Virus record (IMG/VR): IMGVR_UViG_3300048694_000377
Span: 1-62,876 of that record
Strand: one strand, 5' to 3'
DNA: 62,876 nt
DNA from: a virus
Lineage: Duplodnaviria > Caudoviricetes
Below, piece after piece: positions 46,244 through 56,663 of this stretch. The notes under the pieces are model-generated. The model had not been told where the DNA came from and searched no databases. It saw only the letters and a program-made list of their open reading frames with translations. The position numbers and the translations under genes are program-made. How positions within the stretch are numbered: position 1 is the first letter of the stretch; the number at the start of each line of letters is the position of its first letter.

Positions 46244-48313
46244 TTACCTACGGCCATCTGGGCGGGTATCGAGCCGGGGCGAGCCAAGCTGCCACTGAAC
46301 CCCGAGAGTGTTGGAGCTGACCTGCAAGGCCATCTGGCGTCCGCGCACCCGGACATAGGCATACTCTGTGAACTGCTGAACTGGGAATGTGCGCTGGCTG
46401 GTGTAGTTGTTCCCGCTGGTCACCGTCGGGTTGTCTGTATTGCCGTATGATGCGCCGGGGTTCTGCCGAGGAAGCATGGTCATGTTGACCACAGGAGCCG
46501 CCCCAGTTGAGCCATCAAAAGTCACATCAGGCACTATACGCCAGACATAGGCAAAGTGATCCCCATCCCCGATGTCAAAGTCTGCGGAGGCGATCGAAGC
46601 GGTAATGGGAACGGCCGTGCCGGTGCTGACGTCGTCCACCCCGTTCTCGTGATAAATCAGAGCACTGGACTGGCCGGCGGTGTCGTATTGGCAACCCATA
46701 GGGTACTGGCGCAGACGACTCCCCAGCCAAGACGTTCGGCTGATCGTGCCGTTGTACCAAGTGTTCTCCACATAGTTGTAGATCACATACTTGTCGGGGA
46801 TGTTGGCGCTGGCCGAACAGTAGAACCACCAGATTTCATTGAAGCCTTCGTTCTGACCGCCGTAGACCTGATACCCCTGACTTTGATTGATGTTGTCAAA
46901 GATGTCCCGGCGCAAAGCGCAGGGCAGCGTATCGACCTTACCCGAGTAGACATAGAACTTGTCGATGCCCATCCAATAGGTCAGGTTGTTGGCAGTCACC
47001 GCAGAATTGGGGCTGATGATGGAGATGTTCGACCCCATTGGCTGGAACGACCAAACGTATGGCGCTCCGATGTACTGCATGGAGTACAAAGCCAAATCCG
47101 TGAAGATCAAAATCTCTTGGCGGGTCTGAACAGCCGAGACAATCTGTGAGCCTTGGCTCAAACGGTACGAGCCCGCTTGGTTAGTGATGGCAGGAAGCCA
47201 CACATTGTAAGATTCTTGATCAGACCAGCGAACCAAAAGCGGATCAAGGTTTGGGGTGCTTACCGTGTTGGATGGGTCGTTTGAACCAAAGGCAAGCACA
47301 AATCGGGTTGAGTCCGACACCATGACTTGGTTGACCTGAGACGGGCAAGAGGCGTCAATCGATACGGTGGTGACACCGGAGCCTGTGGCATAGTTCTTCT
47401 GGGTGATGGTGCCGCCTGCAACCATAACCTGCCCGCGATCAAACAAAGCTGCGTTGTTGTTCACGGCCCAGAAATTCATCGGGCCGCCACGGTATGCAAA
47501 GATCAGGTTCTCACCAAAAGCCGCTTGACTCCAAAGGCGTTGCTGAATACCCACCGTGGATGCCGAAGACTGACCCCAACCAGTTGACGAACCCGAAGAG
47601 CCGTTGTACCCACCCCAGCCACCGGTGCCCCAACCTGAAGCGTATGAAGCTGCCGTAGTTCCTGTGGTTGTCTGCGCGTAACCAATGACGGATGCACCGC
47701 CTGTACCGGTGTCGCTTGAGTTGGCCGTGGCGGTCGCCGTAATGGTGAACTGACTTGAGGTATTGACTGCAACAACCCGAAACTCGGCATTGAGGACGGC
47801 TGCCGTGATGTTGCCACCAAGGCTGACAGCTCCAGAGAAAGACACAAAGTCACCCACCTGAACACCGTTAGACGTCCAATTGACCGTGATGGTGCTCGAC
47901 CCATTGGTTGCGGCAAATGTAACTGCGCCAGCGGCGCTCTGGGTTTGAATTGGCGTGACGTCGTAGTACGTGCCATTGGTGCTGTATTGAATGTAATACT
48001 TAAGATTCGTGCCAAGACCAAGCAGATTGAACCCCGAAAGGTTCAGCCAGTTGTACATTGATTTGGCTTCGCCCCAGAACGTGCCAAATACCGACGACGT
48101 GGGCTGCAAAGCTGTGATGGTTGGGCCAGTCGTGAAAGTGCCGGCCGGCTCGGTTGTGGCAAGAGAGCCGGTGTCTTTGACCCAACCGCCGATTTTTTCT
48201 GGGAACCCATAACGAAACCGGACCTTCTCGGTTTGGAACCATGAACCCTCATTTGAGTATGAGGTCATCTCCCGGTTGACACCGGGTTTAAACTGGAGTT
48301 TGGTTAGCGGCAT
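46244..48313 (-). CDS. Tail nozzle/stabilisation protein (tubular B-like)
   Basis: 689 aa; VRWSDQE, EIWWFY and RVRGRQ motifs. Confidence 0.65.
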   Translation of the reverse strand: MPLTKLQFKPGVNREMTSYSNEGSWFQTEKVRFRYGFPEKIGGWVKDTGSLATTEPAGTFTTGPTITALQPTSSVFGTFWGEAKSMYNWLNLSGFNLLGLGTNLKYYIQYSTNGTYYDVTPIQTQSAAGAVTFAATNGSSTITVNWTSNGVQVGDFVSFSGAVSLGGNITAAVLNAEFRVVAVNTSSQFTITATATANSSDTGTGGASVIGYAQTTTGTTAASYASGWGTGGWGGYNGSSGSSTGWGQSSASTVGIQQRLWSQAAFGENLIFAYRGGPMNFWAVNNNAALFDRGQVMVAGGTITQKNYATGSGVTTVSIDASCPSQVNQVMVSDSTRFVLAFGSNDPSNTVSTPNLDPLLVRWSDQESYNVWLPAITNQAGSYRLSQGSQIVSAVQTRQEILIFTDLALYSMQYIGAPYVWSFQPMGSNISIISPNSAVTANNLTYWMGIDKFYVYSGKVDTLPCALRRDIFDNINQSQGYQVYGGQNEGFNEIWWFYCSASANIPDKYVIYNYVENTWYNGTISRTSWLGSRLRQYPMGCQYDTAGQSSALIYHENGVDDVSTGTAVPITASIASADFDIGDGDHFAYVWRIVPDVTFDGSTGAAPVVNMTMLPRQNPGASYGNTDNPTVTSGNNYTSQRTFPVQQFTEYAYVRVRGRQMALQVSSNTLGVQWQLGSPRLDTRPDGRR

Positions 48314-48344
48314 GGCGTGATTTTCCCATCAGACCACAAAGTCA

Positions 48345-48683
48345 TCAAGCGGTCGGGGCGTTGGCTTTTACCTTATTGACCACCGTGGTAACCAGCGTAT
48401 TGACGGCTTGGGAAGCGATCTGGGCACCGGCTGCCTTGAAGGAGTTTTGTGCAGTCATGATGCCAATGTCAATGGCAGCGGCAGTTGTTCCACCACCAGC
48501 CAAAGAACCCAGAACTGCCGTGGCAATTTCAGTCACGCAATTTTGCAAAACAGGCACAGCGATTTTTTCCAACTCGGCCATGCAAGCCTTGAAGTCGGCT
48601 TCGATCATTTGTCCTGTAGTAGACGTGTTCATCCATGTTTCCACAGCGTCAACATCTTGTTTCAAAGTGTCAAAAAAGCTCAT
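48345..48683 (-). CDS. Hypothetical protein in the lysis cassette
   Basis: 112 aa; GGAG SD. Confidence 0.65.
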   Translation of the reverse strand: MSFFDTLKQDVDAVETWMNTSTTGQMIEADFKACMAELEKIAVPVLQNCVTEIATAVLGSLAGGGTTAAAIDIGIMTAQNSFKAAGAQIASQAVNTLVTTVVNKVKANAPTA

Positions 48684-48768
48684 GATTTACTCCGTATCAC
48701 ATTTGATTCCAGCTTCGACGGGTGGAATCTTTCCGTCTTTCAATTGATTGACCGAATCAGGCACATCT

Positions 48769-49047
48769 TCATCCATTGTCGCCCACGGGCGGCAGTCCGA
48801 CACGTTGGCTTGTAACCACATGCATGATGGAGTTAAAGACACCAACGGCAGCAACAATGCCAGCCGCCAAATTCTGAAGAGTATCGTGATCAATGTCGAT
48901 TGCATAGCCAAGTCCCTTTGCAATGCCCAAAGCTGCGGCAAAGAAAGCCACCAGTGCATTGAGCAAGACTGTTCTGTTCTTCCATGTCTCAGCATTTGCC
49001 AGTTCTTTGCCCTGCCGAAAAGCCGTCATGATGTCTGTGATCAACAT
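48769..49047 (-). CDS. Probable holin (2 TM segments)
   Basis: Two hydrophobic helices; coupled to the lysozyme stop. Confidence 0.65.
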   Translation of the reverse strand: MLITDIMTAFRQGKELANAETWKNRTVLLNALVAFFAAALGIAKGLGYAIDIDHDTLQNLAAGIVAAVGVFNSIMHVVTSQRVGLPPVGDNG

Positions 49048-49478
49048 TACAAACTCCCGTATAAATCGGATTCTTTTTTGCGTCTGTTGTATAGCCCAGG
49101 CACTGTTTCGCCGTTGCTTACATCCCAACGCAGAAATGCTTGCTGTGCACCAGCAAAATCACGATTATTGTGATCTGCCAGCACTGTTGAATGCTGGAAG
49201 TTCCCCATACCAATGTTGTACGTCAATGACACCAATGCATCAAATTGATTTTGAGTGGGAATAACCGTACACACTCGATTTAGGAAATTTTCAATCGGCA
49301 CCAATAATTCTTGTGCCAACCTTGCATCGGCTTCTTCTTGGGTGATCGTGTCACCTTCCTTCACGCCTTGAGTAAATCCATATCCAATCGTCCACACACC
49401 ACCAACATCCTGATATGCATCAGGACGAAACCCTTCAAATTCCTTGATGAGATCAATGCCTTGTGGAGAAGTTTTCAT
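49047..49478 (-). CDS. Endolysin, GH24 lysozyme
   Basis: IKEFEG...AYQD.GGVWTIGYG, QFDALVS..YNIG, GL..RR..E. Confidence 0.92.
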   Translation of the reverse strand: MKTSPQGIDLIKEFEGFRPDAYQDVGGVWTIGYGFTQGVKEGDTITQEEADARLAQELLVPIENFLNRVCTVIPTQNQFDALVSLTYNIGMGNFQHSTVLADHNNRDFAGAQQAFLRWDVSNGETVPGLYNRRKKESDLYGSL

Positions 49479-49708
49479 TTACCAGAGTTGAATAAATGAG
49501 TGAAGTATCCAATTGCAGATGAAACAGCAGAGACGATGGCCATACCAGCCCAGAACCCACCTTTACCTTGATTGGCAAGACCAATCAATGTATCTAGTTG
49601 GTCTTCCATTTTGTTCATCTTTTTGCTCATGTCATCAAATCTGCGCTCATAGTCTTGGACTTTTTGCCAAAGAACGCCATATTTGACTGGATCAATTTCG
49701 ACTTGCAT
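49475..49708 (-). CDS. Coiled-coil plus C-terminal TM protein (holin/antiholin-like)
   Basis: GGFWAGMAIVSAVSSAIGYF; directly upstream of the endolysin. Confidence 0.6.
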   Translation of the reverse strand: MQVEIDPVKYGVLWQKVQDYERRFDDMSKKMNKMEDQLDTLIGLANQGKGGFWAGMAIVSAVSSAIGYFTHLFNSGK

Positions 49709-49709
49709 G

Positions 49710-49883
49710 TCAATCAAAGCCTCTCAATGTCTTGGCCAACACCTTGCGTTTCTTCATCTTCGTGGTATCCGATTCCTTGACCTTCAATTTGGAAGCAGGA
49801 ATGTTCTTGCCCTCGGGGACATGAAGCGCCTTCTTCAAAGCACCAGGTTTTGAGATTGCCTTACTGATCCACTTTTCAGCCAT
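49710..49883 (-). CDS. Small basic protein (57 aa), paralog of 59690-59866
   Basis: MAEKWISKAISKPGALKKALHVPEGKNIPASKL...LAKTLRGFD*. Confidence 0.7.
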   Translation of the reverse strand: MAEKWISKAISKPGALKKALHVPEGKNIPASKLKVKESDTTKMKKRKVLAKTLRGFD

Positions 49884-50043
49884 TTTGAGGCTCCTGTTCA
49901 GGTTGTGAAACTTGTGGGGGAACTGCGGGAGGCTTGGCGGCTTCCTTCAACCCATCAATCAGTTGATACACCTCTTGATAGGGCTTGAGTGCCAGATACC
50001 CGATGATTTGATTTGCCAGTTCCAATGAAATGTGCAGTTCCAT
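49876..50043 (-). CDS. Small protein after the tail fibre (55 aa; possible fibre chaperone)
   Basis: MELHISLELANQIIGYLALKPYQEVYQLI...; AAGGA SD. Confidence 0.65.
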   Translation of the reverse strand: MELHISLELANQIIGYLALKPYQEVYQLIDGLKEAAKPPAVPPQVSQPEQEPQNG

Positions 50044-50057
50044 GAATTTTCCTTTTA

Positions 50058-52151
50058 TTAACGCAACTCAATCCAGCTAGATGTTGAAGAAAGATTGCCA
50101 GTGAATGAATAAGTAGCACCAATTGGCACTACAAACTGATAGTTAAATGAGTTATTGATAGCGCTGTATGTGCAGATGGTTACCCCGCCAACAGTGATAT
50201 TTATACCCGACAACATATTTCCGTTGATGGCAACCATGATTGGTTTGCCCGTTGAATTGGTGTATGTTGTGCCAGATGTGCGGCTACTTGATACATCAGT
50301 CCAAGTTTGCCCAACACCTAAACTTACTGGCGCAGATGATGTCCAAGCCGATCCATTACTTGTCAACACGTTTCCACTTGTGCCGGGACTGGTCAATCCA
50401 GTACCGCCCAACGATGCGCCAAGTGTTGATGTCAATGTTCCAGCAGATGCTACAGACTGACTTCCAATATTGGATGATGTAATAAAACTGCCGCCCGACG
50501 CTGGAGATGTAGCATACGTTGCGTTTGTGGCGTTCGTGGCGTTTGTAACTGCTGTGGAGCCGATGACTGAAACCACTTGGGCCGCCGTCGCCGCAGTGAA
50601 TGCACTGGTACCATTGCCATAAGCCAAACCAGAAAGCGTTGCAACACCAGTACCACCGTTACCTACAGGTAAAGTACCAGTCACTCCAGAAGTCAAAGGC
50701 AAACCTGTTGCGTTTGTCAATGTTGCAGCCGAAGGCGTTCCAATATTTGGAGTTGTAAGCACGGGGCTAGATGACAGGACAACTGATCCAGTGCCAGTCG
50801 AAGTTGTAACACCAGTACCACCGTTACCTACAGGTAAAGTACCCGATACTTGACTGGTCAAACTCACTCCGGACAACGTGCCGCCAAGCGTCAGACTGCC
50901 TGAAGAAGTCACTGTGCCTGAGAGCGTAATGCCGTTGACCGACCCTGTGCCGCCGACTGAAGTTACCGTGCCTCCACCATTGGTGGAATTGATTGTTATG
51001 CCACCAGCAGTGTTGGTGATAGACACATTAGTTCCGGCCGTGATGGTGGCTTGGGTATATCCGGTTCCATTGCCAATCAATAGCTGGCCGTTTGATGGGG
51101 CAGTTGTGATGCCGGTTCCGCCGTTGGCGACGGCCACAGTTCCAGTCACGTTGGTGGCGCTGGTTGCTGTTGCAGCATTACCCGTAATGTTGATGCCCCA
51201 ATTACCCGTGGCATTGGTGCCGCTGACGGACGGAGCGCCAATCGTGTTGTAAGACACCGTTATTGGGGTGCCACCATTGAACGACGTACCTGTTGCCGCA
51301 CCGGAGCCAGAGTTGTTAAACGTGACAGCTTGAGACGTTGTAGCTCCAGCGGCAGACCAAGCAAACGCCGATCCATTCCAACCCAAGTAATATCCGCTGG
51401 TTGACGGCGCAGCAATAAACGAAGTGGCGCCAGAAGATGTCTGGTAAGGAATTTGGTTAGCCGCACCGCCGGCGATGTTGGTGGCATTTGTTGCGTTGGT
51501 AACCGCCGTTGTGTTGATGACGGCCACAACCTGGGCTGCCGTGGCAGCCGTGAATGCGCTTGAACCGTTGCCGTAAGCTAAACCTGTAAGTGTTGAAGCA
51601 CCGGTGCCGCCGTTACCTGCAGGTAAGGTTCCAGTTACCCCGGATGTCAAAGGCAAACCCGTGGCGTTGGTTAAAGTTGCGGCGGACGGAGTTCCGAGGT
51701 TTGGCGTCAGGAAGGTTGGCGACGCCATGTAATTTACCGCCTGAACCACATCGGTGCCGTTGCACACCAGAGTCATCTTTGATCCATTAGGAACCGTAAC
51801 TCCGGTCTGGCCCGCAACTTTTACCGTGACCGCATAACCGCCAGTTGTGTTGTTGTAGATGAAATACAGCTTTTTGTTGGCATTGGGGGATGTGCCGGGG
51901 ACAATCAAGTTACGCGATGCAGTAATTGCACCATTCAACTCGATGTATATGTTCCGAGCAGTGGCCGATACACCGGGCGTCATCAATAAAATAGTGTCTG
52001 CACCATCCGTGATGGTCTGCGTGACGTATCCGGAAATGGCCTGTTCGATCAACGTGCCAAGGTTGTTGTTGGTGGTTGATCCCCAGGTACCAGCCTGATC
52101 GCCGGTGCCAATCAGCTCAAGGGCGAGGTTTGTGGAATATGTGCTGGACAT
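50058..52151 (-). CDS. Tail fibre protein
   Basis: 697 aa; repeated GTLPVGNGGTG units; GQTWTDV...YTNSTGKPI tip. Confidence 0.8.
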   Translation of the reverse strand: MSSTYSTNLALELIGTGDQAGTWGSTTNNNLGTLIEQAISGYVTQTITDGADTILLMTPGVSATARNIYIELNGAITASRNLIVPGTSPNANKKLYFIYNNTTGGYAVTVKVAGQTGVTVPNGSKMTLVCNGTDVVQAVNYMASPTFLTPNLGTPSAATLTNATGLPLTSGVTGTLPAGNGGTGASTLTGLAYGNGSSAFTAATAAQVVAVINTTAVTNATNATNIAGGAANQIPYQTSSGATSFIAAPSTSGYYLGWNGSAFAWSAAGATTSQAVTFNNSGSGAATGTSFNGGTPITVSYNTIGAPSVSGTNATGNWGINITGNAATATSATNVTGTVAVANGGTGITTAPSNGQLLIGNGTGYTQATITAGTNVSITNTAGGITINSTNGGGTVTSVGGTGSVNGITLSGTVTSSGSLTLGGTLSGVSLTSQVSGTLPVGNGGTGVTTSTGTGSVVLSSSPVLTTPNIGTPSAATLTNATGLPLTSGVTGTLPVGNGGTGVATLSGLAYGNGTSAFTAATAAQVVSVIGSTAVTNATNATNATYATSPASGGSFITSSNIGSQSVASAGTLTSTLGASLGGTGLTSPGTSGNVLTSNGSAWTSSAPVSLGVGQTWTDVSSSRTSGTTYTNSTGKPIMVAINGNMLSGINITVGGVTICTYSAINNSFNYQFVVPIGATYSFTGNLSSTSSWIELR

Positions 52152-52160
52152 GGAGGCTCC

Positions 52161-55100
52161 TTAATTCAGCGTGTTGATATTTTGCCAGTTTGGGTTCTGG
52201 CTGTCATCAATACCACTCCAATTTGGACTTTGTGGGTCATTGACAACTTGCCAGTTTGGAGTCTGGCCGTCGTTGATGATGTTCCAAAGATATGCCCCAA
52301 TCAGGCTGTCTTGGATGGCGGCAGACTCAAGAACAGGAGCATGGTAGACACTACCCGGCGCATTCAAAGAGTCGACCAAAGACGCAATGGCCACCACCGT
52401 GGCGTGGAAATTGGATGGCGCAACCTTGGGTATGTCCGTAATTGTGACCGTTTCAGCCACCAACCCAACAAATCGCACTCTGACCGCCTCGATGTCGGAT
52501 GCCGTGGCCGCCTCGGAAATTACAGGCTTGGTTGTGTATTTGGGTGAAACCTTGTCCGAACCAGTGGCGGCATCAGAAATGCTGGACTTGAATGCGGCTT
52601 TGACCGTGAGGGAATCCGCTTCTGTTGCGCTTTCTTGAACCCGAGCATTGAACACGCTTGCCGCAACCTTTACAGCATCTGCGGCAGTTACGCCTTCGGC
52701 AATCAACGACTTAAATACCGCAGCAGCTTTTTCAACATCTGAGGCCGTGGCGGACTCTGAAACCTGCGATCTAAGAGCGGCAAGGGCAACAAGGGTGGCC
52801 GCCGCGCTCCCAGATTCCGCAACCGTCGCAACAAACTTGGCTTGAGCAGCAACAAGACTGGCTGCTGTGGCGGACTCTGAAATAGTGGGGCGAGTGATCA
52901 AGCTGGCTGAAACAGCATCAGAAGCCGAGGCAGCCTCAACAAGATACCTGAAAAAACCCTTGATGGCCGAAACAATGTCCGCTGCAGTGGCCGACTCAGA
53001 TACGTTGGAAAAATAACTGAGCGCTGTACGGATGGTGTCCGCCGCAGTGCTGGATTCAGAAACGGTGGCCCGTGCGGTGAATTTGGTTGAGACTGAATCC
53101 GTGCCTGTGGCTGCCTCCAAAATGCTGGCCAAATAACGTTTGACCGCAGAAACGAGGTCTGATGCAGTTGCGGATTCAGACAACGTTGATTTGAACGCTG
53201 CTTTACTTGCAATGTTATCAGCACCTGTGGTGGACTCGGACAAAGCAGATTTGAATGCAGTCTTGCTGGAAATACTGTCAGCACCAGTAGACGATTCAGA
53301 CACTTTACCAAGCAGCCTGACTACAACGTTGATGCTGTCGGCGCCAGTACCAGACTCAGTGATTGTGACGGCATAAACATTTCCCGGTGCTGTGAATATC
53401 CACCCAGTGTTATTACTGACATTTGTGGAGTGTGTCCCTGCATACCAAGTTGATGTTGCGGGGGTGGCGTGGCTATCCTTGATGCTCAAATAGTCAACAG
53501 AAATTACTGGACTTCCTGTATAAGACAAGTTTGCCGCTGTTCCTGATGTACTTGAATTGATGGTCAGGGTATTGGTCGCATTGCCCGTTGCAGTCCAGTT
53601 TGCTACTGTTTGCGTTGTTCCCGCAGTAAATGTAATTGTCGTTGCACCAGTAGAAATGTAGCTTGCAGTGATGTTGCCAAATGTATTTGAGCCAGTAATG
53701 GTCAAAGCACCTGCACCGCCTTGATTAAGTGTGATGCCTGAGTAGGAAACACTTCCACCTTGAAATGATTTGGCTGATGCGCTGGTCAGGCTAATCGTGC
53801 CTGTGCCTGTAATGGTCAGTCCCGTTGATGTAGAGGCATTCCATCCACCAGTGCCACCAATTGTCCAAGTCCCAGAACCGATTGCAACAGTTCTCGTATT
53901 GGATGTGCTTGTCAAAACCGTAGAACTAGAACCTGTCAGCGTGACGTTATAACCATTTGCGTTGAAAGTCCCCCATGCTGGTTGCAAAGCATTTCCAGTC
54001 GCACTGCTGGAAAAAGCATCTTGCAATGTCACAGACCCGCTTGGACTGTTGATCGTGATAGGCTGAGTAAAAGTCACACCAGCATTTGTAATCGTCTGAG
54101 TGCCACGCCCTGCAAAAGTAACAATACCCGTACCCGACAACGTAGTACCAGTGCCGTTGATCCAGTTGCCGTAGATCGTTGGTGTAGTCGTACCCGTTAT
54201 CAGCGTCATCGTGCTGCTGATACGGGCACTCATGTTAATCGTGCCAATGTTGTAGTTGGCGTTTACTGTTACCCCAAGCCCGTTCCCAGGTAGCGGTGAA
54301 GGACTTTGAACAAACACCGCAGTGTCTTGAGCCAGTGGGAAATTGGTGGCACTACCAGCACCGCCATTCGTCAAAGACCAGTTACTTGTTCCCCAGCTAC
54401 CGCCTGAACTTGCAGCCCAATAAACCGTTTTTCCTGCAACAAACGTAATCCCGCTGTTGCCCTTGCAGTCACCCAAGCGAGTGCCAGATACAGGGGACGC
54501 CGCACCAGCAACGGTGATGTCTTGGAAGTCTACGTCAGTTGCTGAGAAAGCGGCGCAAGTCAGAGTACGGGTTGTGCCGAAAGTGTCAGACTGCACAAAC
54601 GTCCGCATCGTGGCATCAGTGCCAGCGGATACTGTCAATGTACCGTTAATGGTTTGATTTGCGGGGAGAACTACGGTGTTAACGCCTGCGCTGTTCCTGC
54701 CTGTGAACGACAAATTATTAAATGTATTTGTCCCACTTAAAGTTGGTGATGCACTTGGGCTTGTAAAACTGACGTTGTAAAAAGTCAGTCCACCACCAGC
54801 AAATGTAAATGCAGAAGCGGTGGATATGTTGATTGTTGATGTGCCAGCATTAAAAGTGAAATTTGTACTTGAAAAGTTAATAACCGAACCATTACTACTC
54901 AAAGAAACGGTACTACTGCCCAAATTCATCGTACGGGAACCTGTGGCGTTCGATGCTAAAGATGCAATAGTGACGTTGTAATTGTTGGTGGTGAATATTC
55001 CTGCGGTAAGAGTGATTGAGTTGGTTGACGATAAGGCACTACCTAATGTCCACCCACCACTAGCACTGCTGAATGAAATCGGAGCGAAACCTAATGAAAC

Positions 55101-55454
55101 ACCGTTGGTTGTAATAGTGTTGCTTGTATTAGTTGCCAAAAACGTCAAAGTTCCGGTATAAGACCAAGTTATGCCCGTACTTGATAAAGTAAAACTGCCA
55201 TAAATAGACCAGACTGCTGTTCCGGAAAAAGTTACATTACCTGATGCGGGGCCAGCAACAGTGATTGACGAGCAAACCGCACCAGTGGAAATCGTGACCG
55301 TATAAGCTGTTGCGTTGGATGCACTGTTAAAAATAACCGAGTCGCCAGTGCCAGGAACACCTGCACCACCAGCGCCACCAGATGATGAAGCCCAGTTTGT
55401 TGTGGACGAACTTGTCCAAGTTCCAGTGCCACCGACCCAATAGTACGTTGCCAT
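52161..55454 (-). CDS. Large Thr/Ser/Gly-rich fibre/adhesin-like protein with ~20-aa C-terminal repeats
   Basis: 1097 aa; many VSESATA.D units. Confidence 0.7.
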   Translation of the reverse strand: MATYYWVGGTGTWTSSSTTNWASSSGGAGGAGVPGTGDSVIFNSASNATAYTVTISTGAVCSSITVAGPASGNVTFSGTAVWSIYGSFTLSSTGITWSYTGTLTFLATNTSNTITTNGVSLGFAPISFSSASGGWTLGSALSSTNSITLTAGIFTTNNYNVTIASLASNATGSRTMNLGSSTVSLSSNGSVINFSSTNFTFNAGTSTINISTASAFTFAGGGLTFYNVSFTSPSASPTLSGTNTFNNLSFTGRNSAGVNTVVLPANQTINGTLTVSAGTDATMRTFVQSDTFGTTRTLTCAAFSATDVDFQDITVAGAASPVSGTRLGDCKGNSGITFVAGKTVYWAASSGGSWGTSNWSLTNGGAGSATNFPLAQDTAVFVQSPSPLPGNGLGVTVNANYNIGTINMSARISSTMTLITGTTTPTIYGNWINGTGTTLSGTGIVTFAGRGTQTITNAGVTFTQPITINSPSGSVTLQDAFSSSATGNALQPAWGTFNANGYNVTLTGSSSTVLTSTSNTRTVAIGSGTWTIGGTGGWNASTSTGLTITGTGTISLTSASAKSFQGGSVSYSGITLNQGGAGALTITGSNTFGNITASYISTGATTITFTAGTTQTVANWTATGNATNTLTINSSTSGTAANLSYTGSPVISVDYLSIKDSHATPATSTWYAGTHSTNVSNNTGWIFTAPGNVYAVTITESGTGADSINVVVRLLGKVSESSTGADSISSKTAFKSALSESTTGADNIASKAAFKSTLSESATASDLVSAVKRYLASILEAATGTDSVSTKFTARATVSESSTAADTIRTALSYFSNVSESATAADIVSAIKGFFRYLVEAASASDAVSASLITRPTISESATAASLVAAQAKFVATVAESGSAAATLVALAALRSQVSESATASDVEKAAAVFKSLIAEGVTAADAVKVAASVFNARVQESATEADSLTVKAAFKSSISDAATGSDKVSPKYTTKPVISEAATASDIEAVRVRFVGLVAETVTITDIPKVAPSNFHATVVAIASLVDSLNAPGSVYHAPVLESAAIQDSLIGAYLWNIINDGQTPNWQVVNDPQSPNWSGIDDSQNPNWQNINTLN

Positions 55455-55456
55455 GC

Positions 55457-55648
55457 TTAACCCCCTTGTGCGGGATCGTCAGCAGGTGTATCAACAGGTG
55501 GTGCAGTAATGATGGCAATCCAATTGTTCAACCTTTGCTGTTTCATGGCTTCAATGTCAGCATCAGATGGCACAGGTTGGTCATCGGGAAACCACAGAGC
55601 ATCTGCGAATGTCCCGTATTGGGTGTCAAATTGAAAGTCGATTTTCAT
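55457..55648 (-). CDS. Small tail-cluster protein
   Basis: 63 aa; GAGG SD. Confidence 0.65.
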   Translation of the reverse strand: MKIDFQFDTQYGTFADALWFPDDQPVPSDADIEAMKQQRLNNWIAIITAPPVDTPADDPAQGG

Positions 55649-55658
55649 CGACGCCTCA

Positions 55659-56228
55659 TCAAGCAGCGGTCAAGCTGAATGTGTAGGTCACGTTCAACGT
55701 GTCACCAGACACCACCGAACGATCGCCGGGGGACTGAAAGTTTGACTCAGAGAACAAAGTGCCTGTGGTACCAGATGCGGCAGAACACAAGAAAGCGCCG
55801 CCAACAGTCTGCGTGGCGTTGATTGAATATGACACGGCCGTTGAGTTGGTAACCACAGAGGGGTTGGCATTAGTGGCCGCCACAAAGGTGATTGCCGGAC
55901 GGTTGCCCGAATACGGCGTGACTTCAGTCCAACCGGAATGCGAAGCCAGTGTGTCAGTACGGGCATATGTATTACCAGAACCGGGCCCAATCAAACCAAC
56001 ATACCAAGCGGTGATCTGAGTAGTGCTGGTCAGTGCAGTGCCAGCCATGTATTGAATGCCGACGTTGACGACCATGTTGTGGCGCTCTTCACGCCACTTC
56101 AAATTACCGTCTTTGTCAAAGCACTCAAAAGTGAAATAGCCCATGGCCAGCGCGGATTCGCCAGATTGGGTCCCGGCAACCAAACCGCCAGAAACAGCGT
56201 CGGATGCGTTTGCAAGTTCAAAAGACAT
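55659..56228 (-). CDS. Virion structural protein
   Basis: 189 aa, beta-rich, ending V.SGDTLNVTYT. Confidence 0.7.
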   Translation of the reverse strand: MSFELANASDAVSGGLVAGTQSGESALAMGYFTFECFDKDGNLKWREERHNMVVNVGIQYMAGTALTSTTQITAWYVGLIGPGSGNTYARTDTLASHSGWTEVTPYSGNRPAITFVAATNANPSVVTNSTAVSYSINATQTVGGAFLCSAASGTTGTLFSESNFQSPGDRSVVSGDTLNVTYTFSLTAA

Positions 56229-56237
56229 GATGGCTCC

Positions 56238-56663
56238 TTAAGTGAGTCGGATGAGTGCAGATGTTGCCGTATTTTGTGGCATCTGTACAGTGAAAGTGTT
56301 GGATGAAATCTTGTTTGAACCGAAGTCCAAAACGCAGACCGCCGGGTTTCCGCCTCCAGATTGATAAATCAATGCACCACGAGCGGTGATCGAACCAGTC
56401 CAAGAGGGAGACGAAAAGTTGACGTAGGTGGTGCCACCAGTAGACGTACCGGACGACGAGACAGTGGCCGTGACAACCTGACCTCCTGCAACATAGTTAC
56501 CACCTGTTGCCTCACCATTTGAGGTGTAGGCTGCTGTTGACGCATCAAGAGTTGCCGCATTTGTGTACAGCGCCAAATAGAACGTGCCAGTGGAAAAATT
56601 GACCGATCCATTTGCAAGGCCGGCCAGCAAACTGTTGCAAGAGAAGTTGCCCGTAAATGCCAC
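56238..56663 (-). CDS. Virion structural protein
   Basis: 141 aa; FYLALYT, ITARGALIY and VLDFG motifs. Confidence 0.7.
   Translation of the reverse strand: MAFTGNFSCNSLLAGLANGSVNFSTGTFYLALYTNAATLDASTAAYTSNGEATGGNYVAGGQVVTATVSSSGTSTGGTTYVNFSSPSWTGSITARGALIYQSGGGNPAVCVLDFGSNKISSNTFTVQMPQNTATSALIRLT

Noticed and set aside
50058-55454. Diversity-generating retroelement or invertible fibre system
   Set aside because: No reverse transcriptase or invertase, and the repeats do not show adenine-specific differences.
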